DNA of 64,000 nucleotides, from NCBI GenBank assembly GCA_963727455.1, contig CAVSGG010000005.1, positions 320,001 to 384,000 on the forward strand, in the 5' to 3' direction. Below the pieces are notes generated by a model that made no database searches, had not been told where the DNA came from, and saw only the letters and a program-made list of their open reading frames with translations. Shown in pieces: positions 39,040 to 48,097 of this stretch (positions are counted from its first letter, which is position 1; the number at the start of each line of letters is the position of its first letter). The stretch comes from Candidatus Krumholzibacteriota bacterium. Lineage in GTDB: Bacteria > Krumholzibacteriota > Krumholzibacteriia > JAJRXK01. The translations under genes were made by a program, and so were the position numbers.

Positions 39040-40850
39040 AGAAAATTTGCCCGATGATCCTCGATCACGGCGTCTTTCTTCAGCTTGGCCTGCCAGGCGA
39101 GCAGAAGTTCGCGGCGTCTCGTGAAGAGCAGCGACTGGCAGATCGACTTCCGCTGTGCTTTGAACTGCGCCTCGTCGAAAGGCGTCTTGTAGAGCAACTT
39201 GATGATGTAGACTCCACGCTGCGTTCTCACGTCGGACATCATCTCGCCGGGCTTCATCCCGAGGGCCGCTCTCGCAAAGGAAGTGGCGAAGCCGATCCCG
39301 GCGATGTTCTCGCGCAAGGTGAAGGTGTCGGTCACCGCGTGCTCCAGGCCGAGCTTCTTGGCCGCGGCGGCGAGAGTGGATCCACCCTTGATCTCTTCCC
39401 AGGCCTTCGAAATCTCGTTCGCCGCCTGGTCCGTGCGACGCTTGCGCTGGATTCGGCTCACGACGAGGGTCCGGACGTCTTTCAGAGGGCGGTAACCCGC
39501 GGGAATTCTCTGAGCGACCTCGAACAGGTAGAAGCTGTCCTGCGTCTCGAATACGGGAGAGAGGGTACCCGCGTCGTGCTCGAACGCGAAGTTGGTGCCG
39601 CTCAGACTGTTGGGAACATTGGGGATGTTCAAAGTGGATTGGAACGGCTCCGTCGTGGTGACCTCGAGGTCCGCGTTTTCGGCGGCTTTCTCCAGCCCGA
39701 CGTTTTCGGCGGAATCGTGCAGGTTCTTCGCCTTGGTCCGAAGCTCGTCCGTAGTGGCTTGACTTGCCACGCTGTGCAGGAGGATGTCGCGCACCTTGAC
39801 CTCGGTCCTCTTGCCTTTCGCGTCGGTTTTCTCGTCCTCGACCGTAATGAGGTGGAAACCCGATTGGGTCTTGAAGGGCTTGGAAATATCGCCAACCGGC
39901 AGAGCAAACGCCGCGTCGGTGAACTCCTGGGACATCCGATTCCGGCCGATGAAGCCCAGTTCGCCGCCCTGGCTCGCGTTACTGGTGTCCTCGCTGTAGG
40001 TCTGGGCCGCCTCTTCGAAGGTTGTCTTGCCGCTGAGAACGTCCTTGCGGACGTCGTCCAGAATCGAAATCAATTCCTGTTCGTCCTGGGCGCTGGGCTC
40101 TTTGGGAATGGTCACCAGGCGCACTGTAACCTGCTCGGGAACCTTGTAATCGTCCTTGAATTCGTCGTAGATCTTCTGGATTTCGTCGTCCGTGACTCTC
40201 TCGTTCTTCAGATCGACTGCACTCAGTTCGGCTCCCACGTACTCGGCCACAGCGTGGGTATTCTGCTGGGAGAAGGCCTCGCGCAATTCGGCCTCGCTCA
40301 CCAGGGCCTTGCCGCTGATGTAGTTCTCCAGCTTTTGCAGTGGGACGGTGGAGCGGATGTAGGTCTCGATCTGGTCCCAGGGCAGATTGGGATTGTTCAG
40401 GGCACGCACGTAGGCTTCGGTGTCGACCTTGCCGTTCTCGTCCGTGAACTGCGAGAGCAGGAAAGGAGGGGGATTGTTGGAGAGGATGTCGACGATTTCG
40501 TCGTCGCTCACCGAGAACCCCAATTTGTTGGCCTGTTCTCTCTCGAGCGTTTCCAGGACGAGATCGTTGTAGGCCTGCTCCCGGGCGCGCATCATTTGAT
40601 TTTCGCTGAGGTTCTCGCCCTCGGGGAGCTGTTTGCGCATCTGCTCGAGGATGCCGTTGACACGCTGGTTGTATTGGTCGTAGCTGATGTCGGTGCCGTT
40701 GACGGTGACGATCGCATTGGTGGGCCGTTGTGACTGTCTGTTCTTTCCGCCCTCGAGCCCGATTCCCCAGACGAGAAAGGTGAGACCCAAGAAAGTGACG
40801 ATCACCACCAAGTAGATTATCTTTACCCGGTCTCGCATCGCTTGCATCAT
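39036..40850 (-). CDS. ppiD: periplasmic chaperone PpiD (SurA N-terminal plus parvulin domain)
   Basis: MMQAMR plus TM, VNGTDIS, FEEAAQTYSED..ASQGGELG, FTDAAF, KPFKTQSGFHLI; start set at ATG 40850. Confidence 0.85.
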   Translation of the reverse strand: MMQAMRDRVKIIYLVVIVTFLGLTFLVWGIGLEGGKNRQSQRPTNAIVTVNGTDISYDQYNQRVNGILEQMRKQLPEGENLSENQMMRAREQAYNDLVLETLEREQANKLGFSVSDDEIVDILSNNPPPFLLSQFTDENGKVDTEAYVRALNNPNLPWDQIETYIRSTVPLQKLENYISGKALVSEAELREAFSQQNTHAVAEYVGAELSAVDLKNERVTDDEIQKIYDEFKDDYKVPEQVTVRLVTIPKEPSAQDEQELISILDDVRKDVLSGKTTFEEAAQTYSEDTSNASQGGELGFIGRNRMSQEFTDAAFALPVGDISKPFKTQSGFHLITVEDEKTDAKGKRTEVKVRDILLHSVASQATTDELRTKAKNLHDSAENVGLEKAAENADLEVTTTEPFQSTLNIPNVPNSLSGTNFAFEHDAGTLSPVFETQDSFYLFEVAQRIPAGYRPLKDVRTLVVSRIQRKRRTDQAANEISKAWEEIKGGSTLAAAAKKLGLEHAVTDTFTLRENIAGIGFATSFARAALGMKPGEMMSDVRTQRGVYIIKLLYKTPFDEAQFKAQRKSICQSLLFTRRRELLLAWQAKLKKDAVIEDHRANFL

Positions 40851-40965
40851 GAGAAGACACTCTCCCGCCCAGGATTCTGCCAAGTGCTCCGGCCGCGCGT
40901 GCATGCGCCGCCGCGAGAGTTTCCCCGCGGCGGCACAGGACCGCTTTCGGGAAACAAGACCAAAA

Positions 40966-40994
40966 AGATTATCATTGGCCCCACGCACTGGCAA
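40966..40994 (-). promoter_or_regulatory. sigma70-type promoter for ppiD
   Basis: Minus strand TTGCCA-N17-TAATCT with TG extension. Confidence 0.5.
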
Positions 40995-42843
40995 GCTTGC
41001 CGCTCTTTCTCTTGGAATTCGGCGGCCTGCCGTCTTGGCCGGATTTCTCTTGCTGGCGGGTTTGACCCAAGGGGCCGCGGCGGAGGACTTCCTTTGGCCT
41101 CTGCCGGATGCTCCGCGCCGGATGACGGGGACTTTCATGGAGTTCCGCGCCGGGCGGTACCACAGTGGAGTGGATTTGCGCACGGAGGGCCGCGAGGGCC
41201 TAAAGGTAGTGGCGCCCGCCCCGGGTTCGGTGGTACGGCTGCGCACCAGCGCGAGGGGCTATGGAATCGCGGTCTATCTGCGGCTTCAGGATGGCCGGGA
41301 ACTGGTCTTCGCTCATCTCTCCGCCCTGGCCGACCGTCTGCGAGCGCCTCTCTTGGCCGCATGGCGCGCGAGCGGAAGCTACGAGCAGGACCTGCGGCTC
41401 CAGGCTGACGCCCTCCGGGTGAAACGAGGCGAGCTCTTGGCACTCAGCGGTTCTACCGGCGTGGGAGCGCCGCACCTGCATCTGGAGCTGCGAGATACCG
41501 CGGAGCGGCCTCTGAACCCGCTGACGCACGGCTTCGCTCTGCCGGATAGCGTCGCCCCCCGCATCACGGCGGTGCGATTGGTGCCGCTTTCACCGGGGGC
41601 GAGAGTGCAGGGCGGGCGCGCGTCGCGCGTGCTTGTCCCCGGAGAGTCGGTCGCGGTAGCGGGAAGCTTGGGCGTAATGGTGGCGGTGGACGATCGTAGC
41701 GGCTTCACGCCGTTTCGACTCGGCCCGGCCGAGGTGCGTGCAACGCTGAACGGACGCGAGATCTATCGTCTGCGTAACGACTCCTTCGCCTTCTCCCAAA
41801 CCGGCCAAATGCGACTGGAACGAGCCGAGGATCCGCTGGATCCAAGGGTTTCGTGGCTGCGGCTCTACCGGCGTTCGGGCAACGAATTGCCGGGGCGCAG
41901 CGCAGCCGGTCCCGAGGGGATGAGCTTCTCGATCGCGGCGGGCGAGGACGCAATTCTCCGGCTGAGTGCGCGCGACGCAGCGGGGAACGAAGGCAGCGCC
42001 GAATTCAGGCTGCGCGGCGAAGGCGCTGCGTCCACGGCTGCTTCCGCGGCGTCGACCTGGGTACCCTACGCTGCGGAAGGGGCGGCTGGTTCTGCAGAGT
42101 CCGGCCGCGGACTGTTGGGAGGTGTTGGCGGCGCAAAGCGCCTGGTCTTCGCCCTAGGCCGCCAGGATTCGCTCTGGGTCGAGGACCCCGACGGGCGGGC
42201 CCTCTATCCCGGTGGGGTGGTCTGGCTCGAGCCGCGGACCGACCGATTGCCGCCCCCTTCGGGGATGCGGATCTCGGGTTCGGGGTGCGTTCTGAGAACG
42301 GCGGGAGCGGTGTTTCGTGAGGGACTCCAGGTCGATCTCCGCACGACCGGCCTAGCGCACCCCCGGCAGTATGCTCTCTACCGACGGGGACCCAAGCAAC
42401 GCTGGAATTTCGTGGCGGGACCCCTGGATTCGACCGGTGTTCTCTCCGGTAGGGTGGACGGTCCGGGGACCCTGGCCCTCTGTCGTGATCGAAGGGCGCC
42501 GCAGCTCGGCAGCTTCGCCGCCGGGACCAGGAGACTTCATTCCGGGGCGAAACTCGCGGCATTGTCCGCCGGCGCGCGTCGGGCCGCGGCAGGGATGACG
42601 CTTCCTCCCTGGCCCGCGATCAGTCTTCGGGTGGTGGATGAAGGAGCGGGAATTGGGGACGAGGGTCCCGCCGCTCTCCTGGATGGCGAACCCTATCCCG
42701 CGCGCTGGGATCCGGAGGGGGGGCGCCTCGTCTTCGAGTTCTGGCTCGACCCGGGTCCCGGGGAGCATCGCCTGACCGTACAGGCCCAAGACCGCGTGGG
42801 AAATTCCGCAAGCCGCGAAATTCGCCTGAATTTCGGCTCTTGA
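40975..42843 (+). CDS. exported M23 family peptidase
   Basis: GTFMEFR.GRYHSGVD, GYG, FAHL, SGSTG..APHLHLE; start uncertain (40903, 40975 or 41035). Confidence 0.8.
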   Translation: MAPRTGKLAALSLGIRRPAVLAGFLLLAGLTQGAAAEDFLWPLPDAPRRMTGTFMEFRAGRYHSGVDLRTEGREGLKVVAPAPGSVVRLRTSARGYGIAVYLRLQDGRELVFAHLSALADRLRAPLLAAWRASGSYEQDLRLQADALRVKRGELLALSGSTGVGAPHLHLELRDTAERPLNPLTHGFALPDSVAPRITAVRLVPLSPGARVQGGRASRVLVPGESVAVAGSLGVMVAVDDRSGFTPFRLGPAEVRATLNGREIYRLRNDSFAFSQTGQMRLERAEDPLDPRVSWLRLYRRSGNELPGRSAAGPEGMSFSIAAGEDAILRLSARDAAGNEGSAEFRLRGEGAASTAASAASTWVPYAAEGAAGSAESGRGLLGGVGGAKRLVFALGRQDSLWVEDPDGRALYPGGVVWLEPRTDRLPPPSGMRISGSGCVLRTAGAVFREGLQVDLRTTGLAHPRQYALYRRGPKQRWNFVAGPLDSTGVLSGRVDGPGTLALCRDRRAPQLGSFAAGTRRLHSGAKLAALSAGARRAAAGMTLPPWPAISLRVVDEGAGIGDEGPAALLDGEPYPARWDPEGGRLVFEFWLDPGPGEHRLTVQAQDRVGNSASREIRLNFGS

Positions 42844-42863
42844 GAGGTGTTTCTGTGCCCCGC

Positions 42864-42892
42864 TTGCTCCGGCGGGCGGCATTCGCTAGGGT
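42864..42892 (+). promoter_or_regulatory. sigma70-type promoter for dnaE
   Basis: TTGCTC-N17-TAGGGT. Confidence 0.45.
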
Positions 42893-42965
42893 GGCGGCGG
42901 TTGGCCGCGTGTGCCCCAGGCGCGAGCCCGAAAATACCATCACGACATGAGCAACCCCGAGGGCC

Positions 42966-45900
42966 ATGAACGGCGAAACCGGTTTCGTCCATCTCCACGT
43001 ACACAGCGACTACAGCCTGCTGGACGGCGCGGTGAAAGTGAAGGCGCTCGCTCACCAAGCCGCCGCCCTCAAGATGAATGCGCTCGCGCTCACCGATCAC
43101 GGGAATCTCTTCGGAGCCATCGATTTCTATCAGGCTTGCCGAAAGGAAAAGATCAAGCCCATCCTCGGGATGGAGGCCTACATCGGCCGTAACCGGGGCG
43201 AAGCGCACAGCGAGCACCTCGGGGCGCTGTACCACCTCATTCTTCTGGCCGAGAACGCCACGGGTTGGCGCAACCTCATCAAACTCGCCTCCTTGGGATA
43301 CCTGGAGGGTTTGCACGAGAAGCCGCTTCTGCACAAGGAGATGCTGGCCCAATATCACGAGGGAATCATCGCCACGGGATCCTGCCTCAAAGGGGAGCTC
43401 AACGCGGCTCTGATGGAGCAGGACCTTCCAAGGGCCAAGCAAATCCTCGCCGAATACCAACAGATTTTCGGGCGGGATTCCTTCTTCGTCGAAATCCAGA
43501 ATCACGGCCTAGAGGGGGAGGCGCGGCAGCGCGAGCTGGCTGCAAAGTTGTGCGCGGAAACGGGGGCTCGCATGGTTGCCACCAACGACGTGCATTATTT
43601 GAAAGCCCGCGATGCGGTAGCGCACGACGTTCTCATGGCGATCCAGAGTTCGCGCACGATCGACGATCCCTCGCGTCCGCGCTACGAGGGCAACCAGCAC
43701 TATCTGAAGTCGGCGCAGGAAATGGCGGAGGTGTTCCCTGACTTTCCCGATGCTCTGGCCAACACGGTCGAGATCGCCGAGCGCTGCCAAGTGGAACTGG
43801 AAATGGGGAAGCATCTCCTGCCGGTCTTTCCTCTGCCACCACGCTTCTCGGAGCCGGACGATTATTTGAGAGAACTCGCGCGGGAAGGCGCATGCGAGCG
43901 CTATGGGGCCATCGATGAGACTATCACGAGCCGCCTGGACTACGAACTGGAGGTCATTCGTACCACCGGCTTCGCCGGCTACTTTCTCATCGTCAGCGAT
44001 TTCGTGCGCAATGCGAGAGAGATGGGGATCCCCGTGGGTCCCGGCCGCGGGAGTGCCGCGGGAAGCTTGGTCTGCTACTGCATTCGCATCACCGATGTGG
44101 ATCCGCTGGCTCACGGTCTCCTGTTCGAACGCTTCTTGAACCCCGAACGCGTATCGATGCCCGATATCGACATCGACTTTTGCTTCGAGCGCCGCGGAGA
44201 GATCATCGACTTCGTGAACCAAAAATACGGCGCGGAGAGCGTTTGCCAGATCATTACCTACGGCGCAATGCTGGCGCGCGGCGTTCTCCGCGACGTGGGA
44301 CGGGCCATGGGGATGAACTACGGCGAAGTCGACCGCATCGCGAAGATGGTTCCCGAGCAACTGGGGATCACTCTGAAGAAGGCGCTCGAGGACACTCCGG
44401 AGCTGCGGGAAGTTCGGGACGAGGATCCGCGCTACAACCGCCTGCTCGACACTGCGCTCTCTCTCGAGGGCCTCTACCGCCACACCTCGATCCACGCGGC
44501 CGGGGTTCTCATCGCGCCCGGCGACCTCACCGACAACGTTCCTCTCTACAAGACGAGTAAGAACGAAATTACCACGCAATGGGACATGAAGACGGTGGAG
44601 ACCATGGGTCTGCTCAAGATGGACTTCTTGGGGCTGAGAACGCTCACCGTCATCGAAAAAGCGTTGGAGTTCGTGCGCGCGGAACATCCCGAACGGAAGG
44701 ACTTGGATGCTTCGCAAATTCCGCTCGCAGATCCCGCGGTCTACGAAATGCTGTCGCGCGGGGAAACGGTGGGCGTGTTCCAGTTGGAATCCAGCGGCAT
44801 GCGTGAGGTGCTCAGGAAACTGAAACCCACTGGATTCGAGGACATCACCGCCGTGAACGCGCTCTACCGCCCCGGCCCCTTGGGAAGCGGCATGGTGGAG
44901 GACTTCATCGAACGCAAACACGGCCGCAAGCGCATCGAGTATCCGCACCCCCAGCTCGAACCCATTCTCAAGGAGACCTACGGCGTCATCCTCTATCAGG
45001 AGCAGGTCATGCGCATTGCCGGCGACATGGCCGGGTTCAGCATGGGACAAGCCGATACGCTGAGAAAGGCGATGGGCAAGAAGAACCATGCGGTGATGAC
45101 GCAGATGGAAAAGGCCTTCGTGGACGGCGCGGTGCAGCGCGGGGTGAAGCGCGCCACTGCCCAAAAGATCTTCGACCTCATGGCCTACTTTGCGGGCTAC
45201 GGATTCAACAAGAGCCACAGCGCCAGCTATGCCGTGCTCTCGGTGCGCACGGCCTGGTTGAAGACGCACCATCCGGCCGCGTTCTTGGCGGCAACTCTGA
45301 CCAGCGAAATGAACAACACAGACCGGGTCGTGGCTCTGATCGATGAGGCACGTCATCTCTCGCTCGAAGTTCTGCCGCCGGACGTGAACACCTGCACCGC
45401 CGATTTCAAAGCCAACGGCCGCAGCATCCGCTTTGGGCTGGGCGCGGTGAAGAACGTGGGCCGGGGCGCGATCGAGGCCATCGTGCAGGCGCGTGAGGAA
45501 CTGGGGGGGAGCTTCGGCGGTTTCTACGAGTTCTGCGAGAAGATCGACGGTTCGCGGGTGAACCGAAGGGTCATCGAGAGCCTGATCTATGCGGGTGCGC
45601 TGGACTCTCTGCCGGGGAGACGGGAGCAGAAGCTGAAGGTCCTGGATCAAGCGCTTCGGAGGGCCGCCCGGCGCCAGCGCGATCGGCTGCGCGGGCAGAC
45701 CGGGCTTTTCGAGAGCAGCGAGGAGACGCGCGGCGGCGAGAGCCCGCTTCCGGAGGTTCCGCCGTGGGACGAGGGGAAGCGGCTGGAGAAGGAGAAGGAA
45801 CTTCTGGGTCTCTACCTCACGGGTCATCCTCTGAACCAGTACCGACAGATTCTGAACTGGCTCGAGCCCGAGAGCATCGGACAACTCGAACAGCGCGGCG

Positions 45901-46490
45901 ACGACCAGGCCCTCAGCGTGTGCGGGGTAATCCACGGGCTCAAAACGGTCGTGACGCGCTCGAGCGGTCGCGTCATGGCCTTTCTCACCCTGGAGGATTT
46001 CGCGGGACAGTGCGAGGTGATCTGCTTCCCGGACGCCTACGAGGAGCACCGGGCCCTCCTGACCGGGGGAGAGGAGATCCTCTTCGTGATCGGGCGGACC
46101 AGTTCGCGATCGGGCGAGGAGAGCAAGCTGGTGCTGGAAAAGGCCTATGGACTCGACGGTGCCTGCCGTCTTCTCATTCGTTCGCTGAAGGTCACCGTTC
46201 CCGCCGATCTGCCCGCGGCCCGCGCCGAGGAGCTGCTTGCCCTCATTCGGGCGCATCCCGGCCGTACCCCTTTGAATTTGCGAATCCTGGAGGAGGATTT
46301 CGAGGCAGAAGTGACCGCAACCAAGGCCTCCGTGGAACCGGTACCGAGTTTGCTGCTGGGCCTTGCCGGGCTATTGGGCGAAGAAGCGGTCGAACCCGTT
46401 TGCTTGAACCCGAATGGCTTCGTAGAGTCCACGCGCGCCAACGGCCGGAAGCGCCGCGGGATGGCGGCCAACGGCCAGTCCAAGCATTGA
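42966..46490 (+). CDS. dnaE: DNA polymerase III alpha subunit
   Basis: PHP HLHVHSDYSLLDG, TDHGN, GRGSAAGS, PDIDIDF, HAAG, KMDFLGL, YGFNKSH; no intein seen. Confidence 0.98.
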   Translation: MNGETGFVHLHVHSDYSLLDGAVKVKALAHQAAALKMNALALTDHGNLFGAIDFYQACRKEKIKPILGMEAYIGRNRGEAHSEHLGALYHLILLAENATGWRNLIKLASLGYLEGLHEKPLLHKEMLAQYHEGIIATGSCLKGELNAALMEQDLPRAKQILAEYQQIFGRDSFFVEIQNHGLEGEARQRELAAKLCAETGARMVATNDVHYLKARDAVAHDVLMAIQSSRTIDDPSRPRYEGNQHYLKSAQEMAEVFPDFPDALANTVEIAERCQVELEMGKHLLPVFPLPPRFSEPDDYLRELAREGACERYGAIDETITSRLDYELEVIRTTGFAGYFLIVSDFVRNAREMGIPVGPGRGSAAGSLVCYCIRITDVDPLAHGLLFERFLNPERVSMPDIDIDFCFERRGEIIDFVNQKYGAESVCQIITYGAMLARGVLRDVGRAMGMNYGEVDRIAKMVPEQLGITLKKALEDTPELREVRDEDPRYNRLLDTALSLEGLYRHTSIHAAGVLIAPGDLTDNVPLYKTSKNEITTQWDMKTVETMGLLKMDFLGLRTLTVIEKALEFVRAEHPERKDLDASQIPLADPAVYEMLSRGETVGVFQLESSGMREVLRKLKPTGFEDITAVNALYRPGPLGSGMVEDFIERKHGRKRIEYPHPQLEPILKETYGVILYQEQVMRIAGDMAGFSMGQADTLRKAMGKKNHAVMTQMEKAFVDGAVQRGVKRATAQKIFDLMAYFAGYGFNKSHSASYAVLSVRTAWLKTHHPAAFLAATLTSEMNNTDRVVALIDEARHLSLEVLPPDVNTCTADFKANGRSIRFGLGAVKNVGRGAIEAIVQAREELGGSFGGFYEFCEKIDGSRVNRRVIESLIYAGALDSLPGRREQKLKVLDQALRRAARRQRDRLRGQTGLFESSEETRGGESPLPEVPPWDEGKRLEKEKELLGLYLTGHPLNQYRQILNWLEPESIGQLEQRGDDQALSVCGVIHGLKTVVTRSSGRVMAFLTLEDFAGQCEVICFPDAYEEHRALLTGGEEILFVIGRTSSRSGEESKLVLEKAYGLDGACRLLIRSLKVTVPADLPAARAEELLALIRAHPGRTPLNLRILEEDFEAEVTATKASVEPVPSLLLGLAGLLGEEAVEPVCLNPNGFVESTRANGRKRRGMAANGQSKH

Positions 46491-46582
46491 CAAGCCCCGG
46501 CGGACGTTTTTAGCTATGATTCCAGCCGCGGAAAAGGGAACCGGGAAAGACTCCGCGCGCCGCGGGTTCGCAGGAGGGCGCG

Positions 46583-47563
46583 ATGGCTGATCCGAAGAAA
46601 GCAGGAATCCACCTCGAGTTCGAGCGACCGATGGTGGAACTCGAGGAGCGCATCCAGGCGCTTCAGGAATCGGCGCGGGGTACCGAGCTGGACGTGAGCT
46701 CCGAGGTGGAGCAACTCCGTCAGCGCGTCAACAAGCTCGGGGTGCAGATCTTCTCGAAACTGGAGCCCTGGCAAAGGGTCCAACTCGCCCGTCATCCGCG
46801 CCGGCCCTACACGCTCGACTACATCGATCTCATTTTCGAGGACTTCCACGAACTCCACGGAGATCGTTCCTTTCGGGACGATGCAAGCATCGTCGGAGGT
46901 TTCGCCTACCTGGACGAGCGCCCGGTCATGGTGATCGGACATCAGAAAGGACGCGACACCAAGAGCAACATCTACCGCAATTTCGGGATGCCCCATCCCG
47001 AGGGGTATCGCAAGGCCCTTCGACTGATGGAACTCGCGGCGAAGTTCCGGCGCCCCATCGTCACCTTCGTCGATACTCCGGGTGCCTTTCCCGGTCTCGG
47101 CGCCGAGGAGCGGGGTCAGGCCGAGGCCATCGCACACAATCTGAAGGTCATGTCTCGCCTGCGCGTGCCCATCGTGGTGTTTATCACCGGGGAGGGGGGC
47201 AGCGGTGGCGCCCTGGCTCTGGCCGTGGGCGATCGGGTCTACATGTTGGAGAATTCCATCTATTCGGTGATCAGTCCGGAGGGTTGTGCCGCGATTCTCT
47301 GGAAGGATCGCGCCAAAGCCTCCCAGGCCGCCGGTGCCATGCGGATCACCGCGCCCCAGGTCCACGAGCTGGGGGTTGTCGATGGCGTGCTGAGGGAGCC
47401 CTTGGGTGGGGCCCATCGCGACCCGGAGGCCATGGCCGCCACCGTCCGCGAAACCCTGGTCAAGACACTGGGGGAGCTGTCCGCTCTTTCGGTTCAGGCT
47501 TTATTGGACAATCGCCTCTCCAAGTACCTGAACATGGGGGTCTGGCAGCAAGAGGGAAGCTGA
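46583..47563 (+). CDS. accA: acetyl-CoA carboxylase carboxyltransferase alpha
   Basis: ARHPRRP, ELHGDR, GHQKGR, PEGYRKA, DTPGA.PG..AEERGQ, GEGGSGGA, VISPEGCA. Confidence 0.98.
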   Translation: MADPKKAGIHLEFERPMVELEERIQALQESARGTELDVSSEVEQLRQRVNKLGVQIFSKLEPWQRVQLARHPRRPYTLDYIDLIFEDFHELHGDRSFRDDASIVGGFAYLDERPVMVIGHQKGRDTKSNIYRNFGMPHPEGYRKALRLMELAAKFRRPIVTFVDTPGAFPGLGAEERGQAEAIAHNLKVMSRLRVPIVVFITGEGGSGGALALAVGDRVYMLENSIYSVISPEGCAAILWKDRAKASQAAGAMRITAPQVHELGVVDGVLREPLGGAHRDPEAMAATVRETLVKTLGELSALSVQALLDNRLSKYLNMGVWQQEGS

Positions 47564-47572
47564 GCCTCCACC

Positions 47573-47602
47573 TTGACGAAAAGCGCCTATCTCCGCTATT
47601 CT
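47573..47602 (+). promoter_or_regulatory. sigma70-type promoter ahead of the Trm112/porU locus
   Basis: TTGACG-N18-TATTCT. Confidence 0.55.
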
Positions 47603-47754
47603 TTGAAGAGCCAACCATCTAAGAATTGGGAGGGAGAGGCCCCTCGCCCCGGCTTCTTTTTCCCGCCTCCCGCATGCGCCGACGAAGGTTTCGTCAGCGT
47701 TGTTCTGTGTCTCGCCCAGAGGTTCCCCTGGGGACCCATCGAAAGAGGAGCATT

Positions 47755-48018
47755 TTGATCGCAGACGAACTCTTGAAGCTCTTGGTGTGCCCGCAGACGC
47801 GGACACCAGTCCAGCTCGCGGATTCCGAGCTGCTCGCGCGGGTCAACGATCGTATCGCCCGCAAGGAGCTGCGAACCCACGACGGACGGACGCTGACCGA
47901 GCCTCTCGAAGAGGCTTTGGTTCGAGAAGACGGTGCGGTACTCTATCCCGTTCGCGACGGGATTCCGGTCATGCTCATCGGCGAGTCCATTCTCTTGGAG
48001 GAAACCCACGAGACTTGA
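47755..48018 (+). CDS. Trm112/YcaR family protein
   Basis: LL.LLVCP.TR, YPVRDGIPVML; GAGGAG RBS before TTG at 47755. Confidence 0.85.
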   Translation: MIADELLKLLVCPQTRTPVQLADSELLARVNDRIARKELRTHDGRTLTEPLEEALVREDGAVLYPVRDGIPVMLIGESILLEETHET

Positions 48019-48097
48019 TCTCGACCTTCGGAGGTGGGTTGGTGCTTGCGGCTTGATTCTCACGCCGAGGCGGGCCCTCCGAAACAAGCAGACAAGA

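Noticed and set aside
38724-40733. 669-aa plus-strand ORF
   Set aside because: Antisense shadow of ppiD
43509-46256. 915-aa antisense ORF opposite dnaE (similar ones lie opposite M28, aceE, MFS and the barrel gene)
   Set aside because: Shadow ORFs from high-GC codon bias; no motifs, and fully overlapping well-supported genes
46487-46520. TTGACA...TATGAT promoter before accA
   Set aside because: The spacing of 22 nt is too long, and the alternative -10 elements are weak
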